From an uncultured Methylococcales bacterium (GTDB lineage: Bacteria; Pseudomonadota; Gammaproteobacteria; Methylococcales; Methylomonadaceae): 60,170 bases of DNA. A program made the translations under genes and the position numbers. Positions 30,888 to 40,680 of the stretch are shown piece by piece. Numbering within the stretch: position 1 is the first letter of the stretch; every line of letters begins with the position of its first letter. The stretch lies in contig CAJVYL010000001.1 of NCBI GenBank assembly GCA_913009265.1, forward strand, positions 1 through 60,170. Reading direction: 5' to 3'. Under the pieces are notes generated by a model. The model was not told the DNA's origin. It saw nothing but the letters and a program-made list of their open reading frames with translations, and did no database searches.

Positions 30888-32162
30888 TTATTTTGTTTTC
30901 ATACTCTGAAGCAGTCCCATTTTATATAGCAAATTGATATCGAGATGATACTCTTCAGGCCTCACCATTCGTTTAATACCATAATTATTACCATTACTAT
31001 CAAGATTCATTTTTGCCAAATCAACTAAGCGAGGGTTCACTCGTTTCTTGTTAGCATCAAGCAGCATAGTCACTTTAGGTTTTAGTCTTTTAGTGGAATG
31101 AACTTCAACAATAACGGCAACTTCTCCATTGGTCATTTCAACAATATTTCCGGGTGGATATATCCCTAAACACTCAATAAACTTTATAACTAGCCCTTCA
31201 TCAAGCTGACTTCCACTTGCTTTAGTTAAAACATTAATAGCTTCTAAATGGGTTCTGCCTTTTTTATAGACTCTATCACTACTAATAGCATCATACATAT
31301 CAACAATTGTAATCATACGAGTATAAGGATGAATTCTGTCTCCTTTTAACCCTCTGGGATAGCCTGTTCCATCCATTCGTTCATGATGCCCATAAGCAGC
31401 ATCAATTGCACAACCTGGCATTTCATTGTCAGACATTAATAGCTTCCATCCCAAAGTTGGATGAGACTGCATGATTTTAAGCTCTTCAGGTTCAAATCGA
31501 CCTGGTTTATTGAGAATCTCTGAAGGGACTTTCATTTTCCCCATATCATGCATCAAACCACATAACCCTATATCTTCTAGTTCCTCTGCAGATAAACCTA
31601 TATGCCGACCTAGCGATATAGCAAAGATACAAACATTCATACTATGCTGCGAGGTATATTCATCAGCATTCTTTAATTGTGTTAGCCACATTAAAGCATC
31701 AGGTGATTTAACAATACTTTGCACACAATCAGATACAACTTTTTTAGCCATCTGTACATTAATAGATCGCCCAAAAGCTACATCTTCCATAAAACCTTTA
31801 ACCAAGCTACTGGTTTCAGAATAAACAGATTCAGCTTGATGAATTTCATCTGTAAAACTAGACTTTTTCTTAGGTATTTCTCTTTTTTCTAACCAACCTT
31901 TTGAATAAGCAGTATTACTAACTTTTATAGTTTGGTTTATATTTTTATTAGTTTTCGTGACATCAATAAACACATGTTCACATTGTCTTTTAACTTCATC
32001 TATATCTGCTTCAGATTTCAGCTCAAAACCTTGAAATAAAAAGCTTGTTTCGGCCCAAGGCCTATCAAGTTCTGACACATACATGCCAACTTGAAGGTCT
32101 TTAACATCAACTTTCGTTATCTCTAACGATGTTGTTAAAAAAATATTTTCATTATCCTTCAT
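30888..32162 (-). CDS. HD-GYP domain c-di-GMP phosphodiesterase
   Basis: HD motif LMHDMGK and HHERMDGTGYPRGL (GYP). About 150 aa of N-terminal domain of unknown type. The start overlaps the lnt stop (ATGA). Confidence 0.9.
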   Translation of the reverse strand: MKDNENIFLTTSLEITKVDVKDLQVGMYVSELDRPWAETSFLFQGFELKSEADIDEVKRQCEHVFIDVTKTNKNINQTIKVSNTAYSKGWLEKREIPKKKSSFTDEIHQAESVYSETSSLVKGFMEDVAFGRSINVQMAKKVVSDCVQSIVKSPDALMWLTQLKNADEYTSQHSMNVCIFAISLGRHIGLSAEELEDIGLCGLMHDMGKMKVPSEILNKPGRFEPEELKIMQSHPTLGWKLLMSDNEMPGCAIDAAYGHHERMDGTGYPRGLKGDRIHPYTRMITIVDMYDAISSDRVYKKGRTHLEAINVLTKASGSQLDEGLVIKFIECLGIYPPGNIVEMTNGEVAVIVEVHSTKRLKPKVTMLLDANKKRVNPRLVDLAKMNLDSNGNNYGIKRMVRPEEYHLDINLLYKMGLLQSMKTK

Positions 32163-33655
32163 GACTTAACTTTATTGATTAAAGAAAAACGTAGAACAAC
32201 TAAAACGAACAATAAAATAATTACAATAATATCATCCCCGACTCTAGCATAAGGCGTCATGCCACCCATAGGTACAACAAGCCCTCTTAATACGGTGGAA
32301 TCAAACATAGCCGCTTTAGCAACAATACTACCATTAGGCTCCACAATACCCGTTACTCCAGTATTAGTTACCCTCAGTAAATATCGCCCTGTTTCTAATG
32401 CTCGCATTTGAGCGATCTGCATATGCTGGTGAGGTTCAAGAGAGTCACCAAACCAGGCATCATTTGTTACATTAACCAAAAAAGCCGCTTCAGGCATACC
32501 TCTTATCGCCTCTTCCCCAAAAGCATCTTCATAACAAATTGATGTTGAAAAAGGGTACCCTCCCGCCCTTAATAAAGCCTGATCATCTCCTCCTGGAGTA
32601 AAATCACCCAAGCGAATATTTAATAAATCTAAAACCCAACCTGATAATGGCTGTAAGGGCAAATATTCACCAAAGGGTAATAAATGGTTTTTATTATACC
32701 GAGCCTCATTTTCTCCCAATGTTAAAACAGTATTAAAATATTCAGCTTTTTCACCTCTAGCAGGCAAACTCACGATTAAGTCAGAATCATTCAATTTAGC
32801 TTTTGCTGAAAGTGGGTCTAAATAAAAATTTTTGACTTGTGATAAATAAGCAGGGATTGCTGTTTCTGGCCAAATAATAATATCAGCATCCCAATTCTGC
32901 TCAGTCATTTTCTGGTAATTAACTAAGGTCTTAACTCTATTTTTAGCTAACCACTTTTGATCTTGAGCTACGTTTCCTTGTATTAGAGCAACTTTAATAG
33001 GGTCGCCAATAATATCAGTCCATTGAATCGTAGCTAGATATTCACCTGCTCCCCATATCAACATAAGTACACTGACAACATACTTAAGTTTGATAGCTTT
33101 ATTTATCCCTGCAACAATCAAAGTTGCTGTTATTGCAAGCAAAAAACCTACGCCATAAACACCAATAATAGGGACAAAACCACGTAAAGGTGTCTCCAAT
33201 TGGGTATAGGCTATTTGTAACCATGGAAAGCCATTAAGAAACCAATACCCACGGTAGTATTCGATAAAAACCCAAACGAAGGGAATACCCCACAAAACTA
33301 CTTTGTTATTTTTTTTAGAGCTTAGTTTTATTGAAAGGTAAGCCGTTAACGCAGGAAATAAGGACCAAAAACAAACAATGGCAACAGTAACAAGTATGGC
33401 TCCTATAAAAGGCGCTCCACCATAATCATAGATACTAATATAAACCCATGAGATTCCACTACCGAATAACCCAAGGCCATATAAGTAAGCTCTTAAAGCT
33501 GCACGCCTAGGAGAGCAATTTAACCAAGAAGAAACAACAAAAACTAATGACGCAACAGCCAAGTAAGAATAATTAAATGGAGAAAATGCTAAGGTTAATA
33601 GCAGGCCTGCAACAGGGGAAAAGATTTCCCAACGCCACTTTATAAAAAAGCTCAT
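32159..33655 (-). CDS. lnt: Apolipoprotein N-acyltransferase
   Basis: About 7 N-terminal TM helices plus a C-terminal CN-hydrolase domain (IIWPETA, ICYEDAF). 498 aa. Confidence 0.92.
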   Translation of the reverse strand: MSFFIKWRWEIFSPVAGLLLTLAFSPFNYSYLAVASLVFVVSSWLNCSPRRAALRAYLYGLGLFGSGISWVYISIYDYGGAPFIGAILVTVAIVCFWSLFPALTAYLSIKLSSKKNNKVVLWGIPFVWVFIEYYRGYWFLNGFPWLQIAYTQLETPLRGFVPIIGVYGVGFLLAITATLIVAGINKAIKLKYVVSVLMLIWGAGEYLATIQWTDIIGDPIKVALIQGNVAQDQKWLAKNRVKTLVNYQKMTEQNWDADIIIWPETAIPAYLSQVKNFYLDPLSAKAKLNDSDLIVSLPARGEKAEYFNTVLTLGENEARYNKNHLLPFGEYLPLQPLSGWVLDLLNIRLGDFTPGGDDQALLRAGGYPFSTSICYEDAFGEEAIRGMPEAAFLVNVTNDAWFGDSLEPHQHMQIAQMRALETGRYLLRVTNTGVTGIVEPNGSIVAKAAMFDSTVLRGLVVPMGGMTPYARVGDDIIVIILLFVLVVLRFSLINKVKS

Positions 33656-33778
33656 AAAAAACGGGTAGGTAACAATAAGTTATTGACTATTATAATCCTC
33701 TGAGACCTATTAAATACTGAAAAAGTTTCATTTCTTAAGCCCTCTTTCCATAGAAGACAAGAATAAGCTGTATATTAA

Positions 33779-34414
33779 TTAACGATCAGATATAAAACCA
33801 GGTACACCTTTTATAGGTTCTCTCACCATTTGAACATACTGAATCCCCATTAAAGTAGATCCATCATCTTCATTTTCAACCCAAACAACTTTTACCTCGC
33901 CCTCTAAATTAAGCTGTGGAAAATCAAAAGTTGTTACTACTCCAACCTCAACCTCCAACCTTTCTTTCAAAAAAATCATTAATCCATCAATAGAAACATT
34001 TTGGGTTAAAAAACCATAAGGCTTACCTTCAAAGATAATTTCACCCGATGAAGAAATAGCCTTTCTATAGGCTTTACGCTGATACAGTAAATTATTAACA
34101 TCATAAGATAAATTTCTAAATTCCAAACCCATGTATATATGGTTACCAATTTTTTCAGCCCTTACTACATCTACCTCTCCTGCTAATCGCATTTCAGGTA
34201 AATACAAATCAATAGTAACGGAGGATTCTATTGCATGGAAAATCTCATCAACATCAGAAATATAAGCATTAGTATCTAACTCTGCTAACAAACCAGTAAT
34301 TGATAAGTTTTTAACAGAAATATTCAACTCATGATCAGCCAAATATATAAGACCATGTGAACTAAGACATTTACGATAAGACCTTTTTTCTATAGCCATA
34401 ATATTTTTCTTCAA
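33779..34414 (-). CDS. Tandem PilZ-domain protein (putative c-di-GMP receptor)
   Basis: Two copies of the PilZ signature. The first is RSYRK...NLSITG, and the second is RKAYRK...NVSIDG (RxxxR ... D/NxSxxG). Confidence 0.75.
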   Translation of the reverse strand: MKKNIMAIEKRSYRKCLSSHGLIYLADHELNISVKNLSITGLLAELDTNAYISDVDEIFHAIESSVTIDLYLPEMRLAGEVDVVRAEKIGNHIYMGLEFRNLSYDVNNLLYQRKAYRKAISSSGEIIFEGKPYGFLTQNVSIDGLMIFLKERLEVEVGVVTTFDFPQLNLEGEVKVVWVENEDDGSTLMGIQYVQMVREPIKGVPGFISDR

Positions 34415-34483
34415 AACCTAATTGATATGGTAAAAGTATAGCCACTAATTTAAGTTATTCCAGATATTAACCCTTTATTTCTA

Positions 34484-35083
34484 ATGAAAATTATTTTTTC
34501 CTGTTTTTTTATACTATTTCTTCTTCCCTCTTGCACATCAACACCCAAAAACACTCACAATATCTGTAACATTTTCCATGAAAAAGATGATTGGTATGAT
34601 GAGGTAAAAGCATCCTATAAGAAATGGGGGCTTCCTATTCATATCAATATGGCCATTATGCACCAAGAGTCTCGCTTTGTTGCTGATGCCCAACCACCTC
34701 GCCCTAAATTATTAGGTTTCATTCCCTGGTTTAGATCCAGTAGTGCCTATGGGTATGCCCAAGCACAAGATGGCACATGGGATGATTATTTAGAAAGTGC
34801 CGGTGACTGGGGAGCAGATAGAGATGATTTTGCCGATGCGACCGATTTTATTGGTTGGTATTGCTCAATCAGCCATCAAAGACTCGGTATATCAAAATGG
34901 GATACAAAAAACCTCTACCTTGCTTATCATGAAGGCCATGGTGGCTATAAAAGAAAAACATACCTAAAAAAACGCTGGTTGATCAATACTGCAAATAAAG
35001 TAACCAAAAAATCTCAGCAATATAATTCACAATTATCGACATGCAAAGATGAATTAGAAAGCACATCTTGGTTTTTTTGGTAA
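34484..35083 (+). CDS. Lipoprotein with an SLT-like lytic transglycosylase motif
   Basis: Lipobox LLPSC. AIMHQESRF resembles the catalytic E-S motif of SLT domains, followed by AYGYAQAQDGTW. Confidence 0.55.
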   Translation: MKIIFSCFFILFLLPSCTSTPKNTHNICNIFHEKDDWYDEVKASYKKWGLPIHINMAIMHQESRFVADAQPPRPKLLGFIPWFRSSSAYGYAQAQDGTWDDYLESAGDWGADRDDFADATDFIGWYCSISHQRLGISKWDTKNLYLAYHEGHGGYKRKTYLKKRWLINTANKVTKKSQQYNSQLSTCKDELESTSWFFW

Positions 35084-35120
35084 ACTATAGCGCTTAAGCT
35101 AATAACAACGGAAATATTCA

Positions 35121-35588
35121 ATGAAAAACCCAGTTATTGTCATTTTATCCGCTCTAATAATAGGAATAACTATGTTCTCTATGGCAAATGCCACTTCTCC
35201 AGAAGAAAATAAAGTAGCAGGCGAAGCCTTTCTTGCTGAAAATACTAAAAAAGAAAATATTGTAACCACAGCAAGTGGCTTACAGTACGAAATTTTAGCT
35301 GAAGGTGAAGGCCCTTCTCCATCAGCAACAACTAGTGTTACTGTACATTACAAAGGTACAACACTTGATGGTAAAGAATTTGATAGTTCTTATAGCCGCA
35401 ACGCACCAGCAACATTCCCTCTAAATCGTGTAATTGCTGGTTGGACTGAAGGTCTACAGTTAATGAATGCTGGCGCTAAATACCGATTCTTTATCCCTTC
35501 TGAACTTGCTTACGGTCAACGTGGTGCTGGTGCAGATATCGGTCCAAATGCTGCACTTATTTTTGAAGTGGAACTACTAAAGTTCTAA
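35121..35588 (+). CDS. Secreted FKBP-type peptidyl-prolyl cis-trans isomerase
   Basis: Signal peptide followed by an FKBP core (GLQYEILAEGEG...VHYKGTTLDGKEFDSSY...VIAGWTEGLQLM...LIFEVELL). Confidence 0.9.
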   Translation: MKNPVIVILSALIIGITMFSMANATSPEENKVAGEAFLAENTKKENIVTTASGLQYEILAEGEGPSPSATTSVTVHYKGTTLDGKEFDSSYSRNAPATFPLNRVIAGWTEGLQLMNAGAKYRFFIPSELAYGQRGAGADIGPNAALIFEVELLKF

Positions 35589-35692
35589 GTGTATACTTCT
35601 AAAATTCAAGATTTTTTCTAGTCCCTTAAAAAACATTTTATTGCGTGATATTAGAGTGACTCAATTCTAATATCTTTAACTAGAAACACAAT

Positions 35693-35721
35693 AAAGCCTT
35701 GCTCTAGCAAGGCTTTTTTAT
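35693..35721 (+). terminator. Rho-independent terminator after the FKBP gene
   Basis: AAAGCCTTGC, then TCTA, then GCAAGGCTTT, followed by a T-run. It ends 10 nt before the rlmL ATG. Confidence 0.75.
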
Positions 35722-35730
35722 TTAAGGCTT

Positions 35731-37932
35731 ATGACAAAATATCAACTTTTTGCAACAACTCCTAAAGCAATGGAAGACATCCTTGCTGATGAATTAAAAC
35801 AACTTGGCGCTGAAAATGTGCATCCTAAATTAGCAGGAGTTAGCTTTCAAGGTGATATTGAAATGGCCTATAAGGCCTGCCTATGGTCAAGAACTGCAAA
35901 TCGCATTTTATTACCTTTAAAATCTTTTGAAGTCCATTCTAAAGAAGACCTTTATGATGCTGTCAAAAAAATAAACTGGTTTGAACACTTTAAACCAGAT
36001 GATACCTTTGCAGTGTCATTTAGTGCCAAAAATTCAGAAGTGATTAACAATACCCACTTTGGCGCCTTAGTGGTCAAGGATGCTATCGTTGACCAAATGC
36101 GTGCTAAATTTGAAAAACGCCCGAATATTCAGCTTAATCGCCCTACTATTAAAATCAATGTTTATTTAAACAATGAAAATGCTGAATTAAGCTTAGATTT
36201 ATCAGGTGAAAGCTTACATAAACGAGGCTACAGAGAAGCCAATGTAGCGGCTCCCATTAAAGAAAACCTTGCTGCAGCCATGTTATTACGTAGCGGCTGG
36301 CCAGAAATTGCTAAACAAGGTGGCTCACTTATCGATCCCATGTGTGGTTCAGGGACTTTATTATTAGAAGCGGGTTTGATTGCTGCTGATTATGCACCAG
36401 GCTTGTTAAGAGATTATTTCGGTTTTCTAGGCTGGAAAAAACACGATGAAGACTGTTGGCAAAAACTACTAGCTGATGCAGAACAACGTAAAATAACAGG
36501 TATAGAAAACATGCCTATTATTGCTGGTTTTGACAAAAGTCGTCGTACTGCAGCAACTGCTATTCAACATGTTGAAAATGCAGGATTCAACAACAAAATA
36601 CATGTTGAAAAAAGAGACATTAGTGATGCAACCCCCGCCACCAGTTGGAAACCAGGGCTACTTATTTGTAACCCACCTTATGGCGAGCGTTTAGGTGATG
36701 ATGAAGAAATTTCTCAACTTTATTTACTATTTGGTGAAGTATTAAAAGCTAATTTTCAAGGCTGGAAAGCTACGATGATTATCAGCAATCCAGAAATGGG
36801 CTTTCGCTTAGGGATTCGCTCACAAAAACCCATCACTCTTTTTAATGGCCCTTTGGAATGTAAATTATTACGTTTAAATATTGAAGAGAAATCTTTCTTT
36901 GTTCCTAAAGCTAAAAGCCAACAAGAACGTATAGAGCGTGTGACTAAAGCATTAGATTCTGAGGTAGAAAGTGAGCATTCAGCAGAAATGTTTGCTAATC
37001 GACTAAAAAAGAATATCAAGAAAATGTCTCGCTGGGCAAAACAAAACAACATCAGCAGCTACCGTTTATATGATGCCGATTTACCTGAGTATTCTGTGGC
37101 AATTGATATTTATCAAAGCGACAAACTATGGGTAAATGTACAAGAATACGAAGCCCCAAAAACAATTGCAGCCCACAAAGCTAATGAGCGCCTAGCGGGT
37201 ATATTGGCTGAAATACCACGCGTTCTTAAGATTGATAAATCACAGGTATTGTTAAAAATTCGTCGCAAACAGAAAAATACTGAACAATATGAAAAACAGG
37301 ATAACAAAGCAAATTTTCATATTATTGAAGAAAATAACTGTAAATTTCTAACTAATTTTGAAGATTATTTAGATACAGGTATTTTTCTTGATCACCGCCC
37401 TATTCGCGCCACCATTCAACAACAAGCTAAAGATAAAAATTTCTTAAATTTATTTGCTTATACAGCAACAGCTTCTGTACAGGCTGCTGTGGGCGGTGCA
37501 TTATCAACCACTAGTATTAACGCATCAAATACTTACTTAGAGTGGGCAGAAAAAAACTTTGCCTTAAATAATCTATCAGGCAATAACCGACATATTCGCG
37601 CAGATTCTTCAGCCTGGCTAGAAGAACAGCGTAAACAAGATACCCCCACCCAATATGATTTGATTTTTCTAGATCCACCGACTTTTTCAAATTCAAAACG
37701 GATGGAGACTTCATTTGATGTACAACAAGATCATGTTGGGCTGATTAATGACGCTTTAGCATTATTGGCTGACGAGGGTGTTTTGTATTTTTCAACCAAC
37801 TTTAGAAAATTTAAACTTGATGATCTAGGGATTATTAATGCCAATATTGAAAATATTACTGCATCAACCATTCCTGAAGATTATTCCAGAAGTCCAAAAA
37901 TTCATTATTGCTGGAAAATCACTCACAAATGA
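35731..37932 (+). CDS. rlmL: Bifunctional 23S rRNA methyltransferase RlmKL (m2G2445/m7G2069)
   Basis: N-terminal THUMP domain followed by two SAM-MTase domains (DPMCGSGTLL, NPPYG, DPPTFSNS). 733 aa. Confidence 0.9.
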   Translation: MTKYQLFATTPKAMEDILADELKQLGAENVHPKLAGVSFQGDIEMAYKACLWSRTANRILLPLKSFEVHSKEDLYDAVKKINWFEHFKPDDTFAVSFSAKNSEVINNTHFGALVVKDAIVDQMRAKFEKRPNIQLNRPTIKINVYLNNENAELSLDLSGESLHKRGYREANVAAPIKENLAAAMLLRSGWPEIAKQGGSLIDPMCGSGTLLLEAGLIAADYAPGLLRDYFGFLGWKKHDEDCWQKLLADAEQRKITGIENMPIIAGFDKSRRTAATAIQHVENAGFNNKIHVEKRDISDATPATSWKPGLLICNPPYGERLGDDEEISQLYLLFGEVLKANFQGWKATMIISNPEMGFRLGIRSQKPITLFNGPLECKLLRLNIEEKSFFVPKAKSQQERIERVTKALDSEVESEHSAEMFANRLKKNIKKMSRWAKQNNISSYRLYDADLPEYSVAIDIYQSDKLWVNVQEYEAPKTIAAHKANERLAGILAEIPRVLKIDKSQVLLKIRRKQKNTEQYEKQDNKANFHIIEENNCKFLTNFEDYLDTGIFLDHRPIRATIQQQAKDKNFLNLFAYTATASVQAAVGGALSTTSINASNTYLEWAEKNFALNNLSGNNRHIRADSSAWLEEQRKQDTPTQYDLIFLDPPTFSNSKRMETSFDVQQDHVGLINDALALLADEGVLYFSTNFRKFKLDDLGIINANIENITASTIPEDYSRSPKIHYCWKITHK

Positions 37933-38201
37933 AATCAGTTCATCTCATTATAAGTGGACGCGTGCAAGGCGTTTACTTTAGAGCCTTTACCCAAAAACGA
38001 GCCGTTAAACTTGGCATAAAAGGTTATGTTTGTAACAAAGCTGATGGATCAGTTGAAGTTATTGCTTGTGCAAAACCTGAAAAATTAGAAGCTTTTGTGA
38101 GTTGGTGTCATAAAGGCCCTCTTCTGGCAAAAGTAAAACAAGTTGTAGTGGATGATAAATATGCTTTAACTGAAGTATTTACTCAATTTGAAATCAGGTA
38201 G
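37929..38201 (+). CDS. acyP: Acylphosphatase
   Basis: ISGRVQGVYFRAF signature. ATG at 37929 overlaps the rlmL TGA (ATGA). The longer ORF from 37908 adds 7 non-conserved residues. Confidence 0.88.
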   Translation: MKSVHLIISGRVQGVYFRAFTQKRAVKLGIKGYVCNKADGSVEVIACAKPEKLEAFVSWCHKGPLLAKVKQVVVDDKYALTEVFTQFEIR

Positions 38202-38263
38202 GAGGGGCCTTTGGCCGCGACTGATTTAATAAATATCTATCGCGGCCAAAGGCCCCTCCTACC
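38197..38263. repeat. GC-rich palindromic element, copy 1 (24-bp perfect stem, 19-nt loop)
   Basis: GGTAGGAGGGGCCTTTGGCCGCGA (38197-38220) pairs with TCGCGGCCAAAGGCCCCTCCTACC (38240-38263). The left arm overlaps the acyP stop codon. It lies between convergent genes and is probably a bidirectional terminator. Confidence 0.9.
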
Positions 38264-38289
38264 AGCATATTGCTTTAGATTATTTCTCA

Positions 38290-39738
38290 CTACTCACCAA
38301 CAATATACTTCTTTACCGTACGTCGATCCATTTGTGTGATTCGGGCTACAGCTTCATAATTTCCCTGTGTTTTATATAAAAATCGACAATACCGCTGTAA
38401 AAGCTGCTGACTACTATTCTCAACAAGGTTTTCTGAAAGAGTAAACTCACTATTTGTATTGGTTTCTTTTGCTACCTGATATTGCCCAGTAATACATATT
38501 TGACGGATACACTGCTCAAGTTCTCTTACATTCCCCGGCCATGCATAGTTTTTTGGCACCGCTTTTCTAATATGATCTTCAATTCGCTCTGCTAATAAAG
38601 GGGCTGGTATTGCTGTTACTCTATTAACCAGACTAACAATTAAATGTTCCAGCTCATCAGGGTTTTCTTGTAAACGTTGTTGTAAGCTCGGAATTTTTAT
38701 CACATCGGAACAAAGCCTGTAATACAGATCATCTCTAAATACCCCCTCTTTACGTAACTGTTCAATATTACGGTTTGTTGCGGTAATAACTCGCCCAGAA
38801 AAACGCATTTTCTCATGACTACCGACAGGGCAAAAAACACGATCTTGAATAACATTCAGTATTTTCACCTGCGTTGGCATATCTATATCACCAATTTCAT
38901 CTATAAAAACTGCACCGTATTCACTACAGCGTGCAAACAAACCTTGATGGTGATCTATTGCCCCAGTAAATGCACCTTTTTTATGACCAAATAACTCAGA
39001 CTCTAATAATGATGCTGGATATTGAGATAAGTTAATAAATTGAAATGAGCGTGTAAAACTTTCTTTAAAACACTTCTTTCTGATATCAAAAGGGATAAAT
39101 CCAGAACAACCAATAGTATGCGCAACCAAGGTTTTTCCTGTACCTGTCTCCCCTAATAACAAAGTGGAAAAATCCTCCATCTTTCCACAAAGGAAATCAA
39201 CGTACCATTGAGGATTAAAGGTGAAAATATTATTCCATAACCGAACCCTTAGATCGATAATTGAAGCGCAATTCCCTAAAATTGCAGAATTAATAAAATA
39301 AAACCCTCGATGCAATTGATAAAACAGGGCAATAAATTTTTCAGTTTCTGTATCGCTAAAACCAGCTTGTTTAAAGCAACAAATTAATTCCTTAGCAAAA
39401 GGTAATTCAATCGGCTTATCTCCTGCCATTCGCTGAGTCTCTATAAACTCAATAAAATCTTGCTGAAACTCATGGAACTGATAAAACAACCATGAGTATT
39501 TCATTTTTTGTTGATCTTCAGCTTTAAAATAAGTGATATTAAAACCAGCTAACTCTTGTAATTTAGTCGCCAATAATAATTGAATCTTTTCTGATCGCTG
39601 AAAAATACTTGCTGAATGTATTGCAATATTTAACAACTGACAATCGGCTTGCTCTCGTTGTTCACTAAAGGGATTAACAAATGCCAATGATGCTATTTGT
39701 TCAAAAAAATCATTTTGTTCTGCTGAGAGCTTCTTCAT
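38290..39738 (-). CDS. Sigma-54-dependent activator with an unrecognised ~190-aa N-terminal domain
   Basis: Walker A GETGTGKT, ESELFGHKKGAFTGA, WPGNVRELEQ and a C-terminal HTH (NYEAVARITQMDRRTVKKYI). Divergent from a pspA-family gene that has a sigma-54 promoter. Confidence 0.9.
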   Translation of the reverse strand: MKKLSAEQNDFFEQIASLAFVNPFSEQREQADCQLLNIAIHSASIFQRSEKIQLLLATKLQELAGFNITYFKAEDQQKMKYSWLFYQFHEFQQDFIEFIETQRMAGDKPIELPFAKELICCFKQAGFSDTETEKFIALFYQLHRGFYFINSAILGNCASIIDLRVRLWNNIFTFNPQWYVDFLCGKMEDFSTLLLGETGTGKTLVAHTIGCSGFIPFDIRKKCFKESFTRSFQFINLSQYPASLLESELFGHKKGAFTGAIDHHQGLFARCSEYGAVFIDEIGDIDMPTQVKILNVIQDRVFCPVGSHEKMRFSGRVITATNRNIEQLRKEGVFRDDLYYRLCSDVIKIPSLQQRLQENPDELEHLIVSLVNRVTAIPAPLLAERIEDHIRKAVPKNYAWPGNVRELEQCIRQICITGQYQVAKETNTNSEFTLSENLVENSSQQLLQRYCRFLYKTQGNYEAVARITQMDRRTVKKYIVGE

Positions 39739-39775
39739 ATTTTCTAATTCTTAATATTTTATTATTCAAGAGTAG

Positions 39776-39802
39776 CCTTGATGAAACAGAATGAAATCAA
39801 GG
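39776..39802. promoter_or_regulatory. Inverted repeat CCTTGAT-N13-ATCAAGG, candidate activator-binding site
   Basis: 7-bp arms at 39776-39782 and 39796-39802, about 155-180 bp upstream of the -24/-12 element. This is the typical UAS distance for bEBPs. Speculative. Confidence 0.2.
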
Positions 39803-39956
39803 TTTATCAATGGACATTGGCGTGAGTCGTTACAATAACTTTAGAAATAGATAACGAACATATAATGTACATACCAATATACATAATACGACCATAAAAA
39901 CAATGTAAAACTCACACAAAAACACTACACTATTGATTAATAACAACTTTAAATAA

Positions 39957-39972
39957 TGGCACAAGTCTTGTA
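39957..39972 (+). promoter_or_regulatory. Sigma-54 (-24/-12) promoter for the pspA-family operon
   Basis: TGGCAC-AAGTC-TTGTA versus the consensus TGGCAC-N5-TTGCW. It ends 40 nt before the pspA-like ATG, and a divergent bEBP gene is adjacent. Confidence 0.7.
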
Positions 39973-40011
39973 ATAGTTATCGTAAACATTACATAACAAA
40001 GGAAAATCATT

Positions 40012-40671
40012 ATGAACAGTTTAAAACGTATATTCATCAGTGTTAAAGGCCAAATTGATCATGCAGCAGATGAATTTGAAAATCATGAGGCTTTAGCGGG
40101 AGTTGCCATTCAAGATTTACAAACCATAGCAAGTAAAACACGCTTACATTTACACCGTATTAGCAAAATGACTGAGCAATATCAAAAACAGTTAGAAGAT
40201 CAAAAACAACAACAAGAACTATGGACAGCACGCGCCATAAAAGCTAAAAAACAGGATGAACAAAAAGCGCTGCAATGCATTAAACGCTTATGCCAAACAA
40301 AAAAACAAATTACTCTACTTGAACAGCAACACGAACAAAGCACTCAGCAAGAAAATAAAATCAGAGAAGACCTAAACAGCATTCAAGAACAATTACTCAT
40401 CTTAAAAAATAAAAAAGAGATGTTAGCCGTAAGACAAACCCGCACGCATCTACAAAACAGTATCCAAGATAATAAAGAAAACTCATTAGATAATGTACAA
40501 CAAGTTTTTGATCGCTGGGAAGGTCGTATAGTAAGTGAAGAATATGATGTGCCAACTGAGATGTCGGATACCTTATCTAGTAGCTTTGAGCAAGAAGAAG
40601 AGACTTTAGCATTAAAGATGATGCTTGATGAACTGACTGATGACTCAAATACTTCTGACAATAACAAATAG
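40012..40671 (+). CDS. PspA/IM30-family protein
   Basis: 219 aa of coiled coil. N-terminal LKRIFISVKGQIDHAADEFENHEALAGVAIQDLQ aligns with E. coli PspA [34 protein letters not shown]. The remainder is Q/E/K-rich. Confidence 0.8.
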   Translation: MNSLKRIFISVKGQIDHAADEFENHEALAGVAIQDLQTIASKTRLHLHRISKMTEQYQKQLEDQKQQQELWTARAIKAKKQDEQKALQCIKRLCQTKKQITLLEQQHEQSTQQENKIREDLNSIQEQLLILKNKKEMLAVRQTRTHLQNSIQDNKENSLDNVQQVFDRWEGRIVSEEYDVPTEMSDTLSSSFEQEEETLALKMMLDELTDDSNTSDNNK

Positions 40672-40680
40672 GTGATAGCT

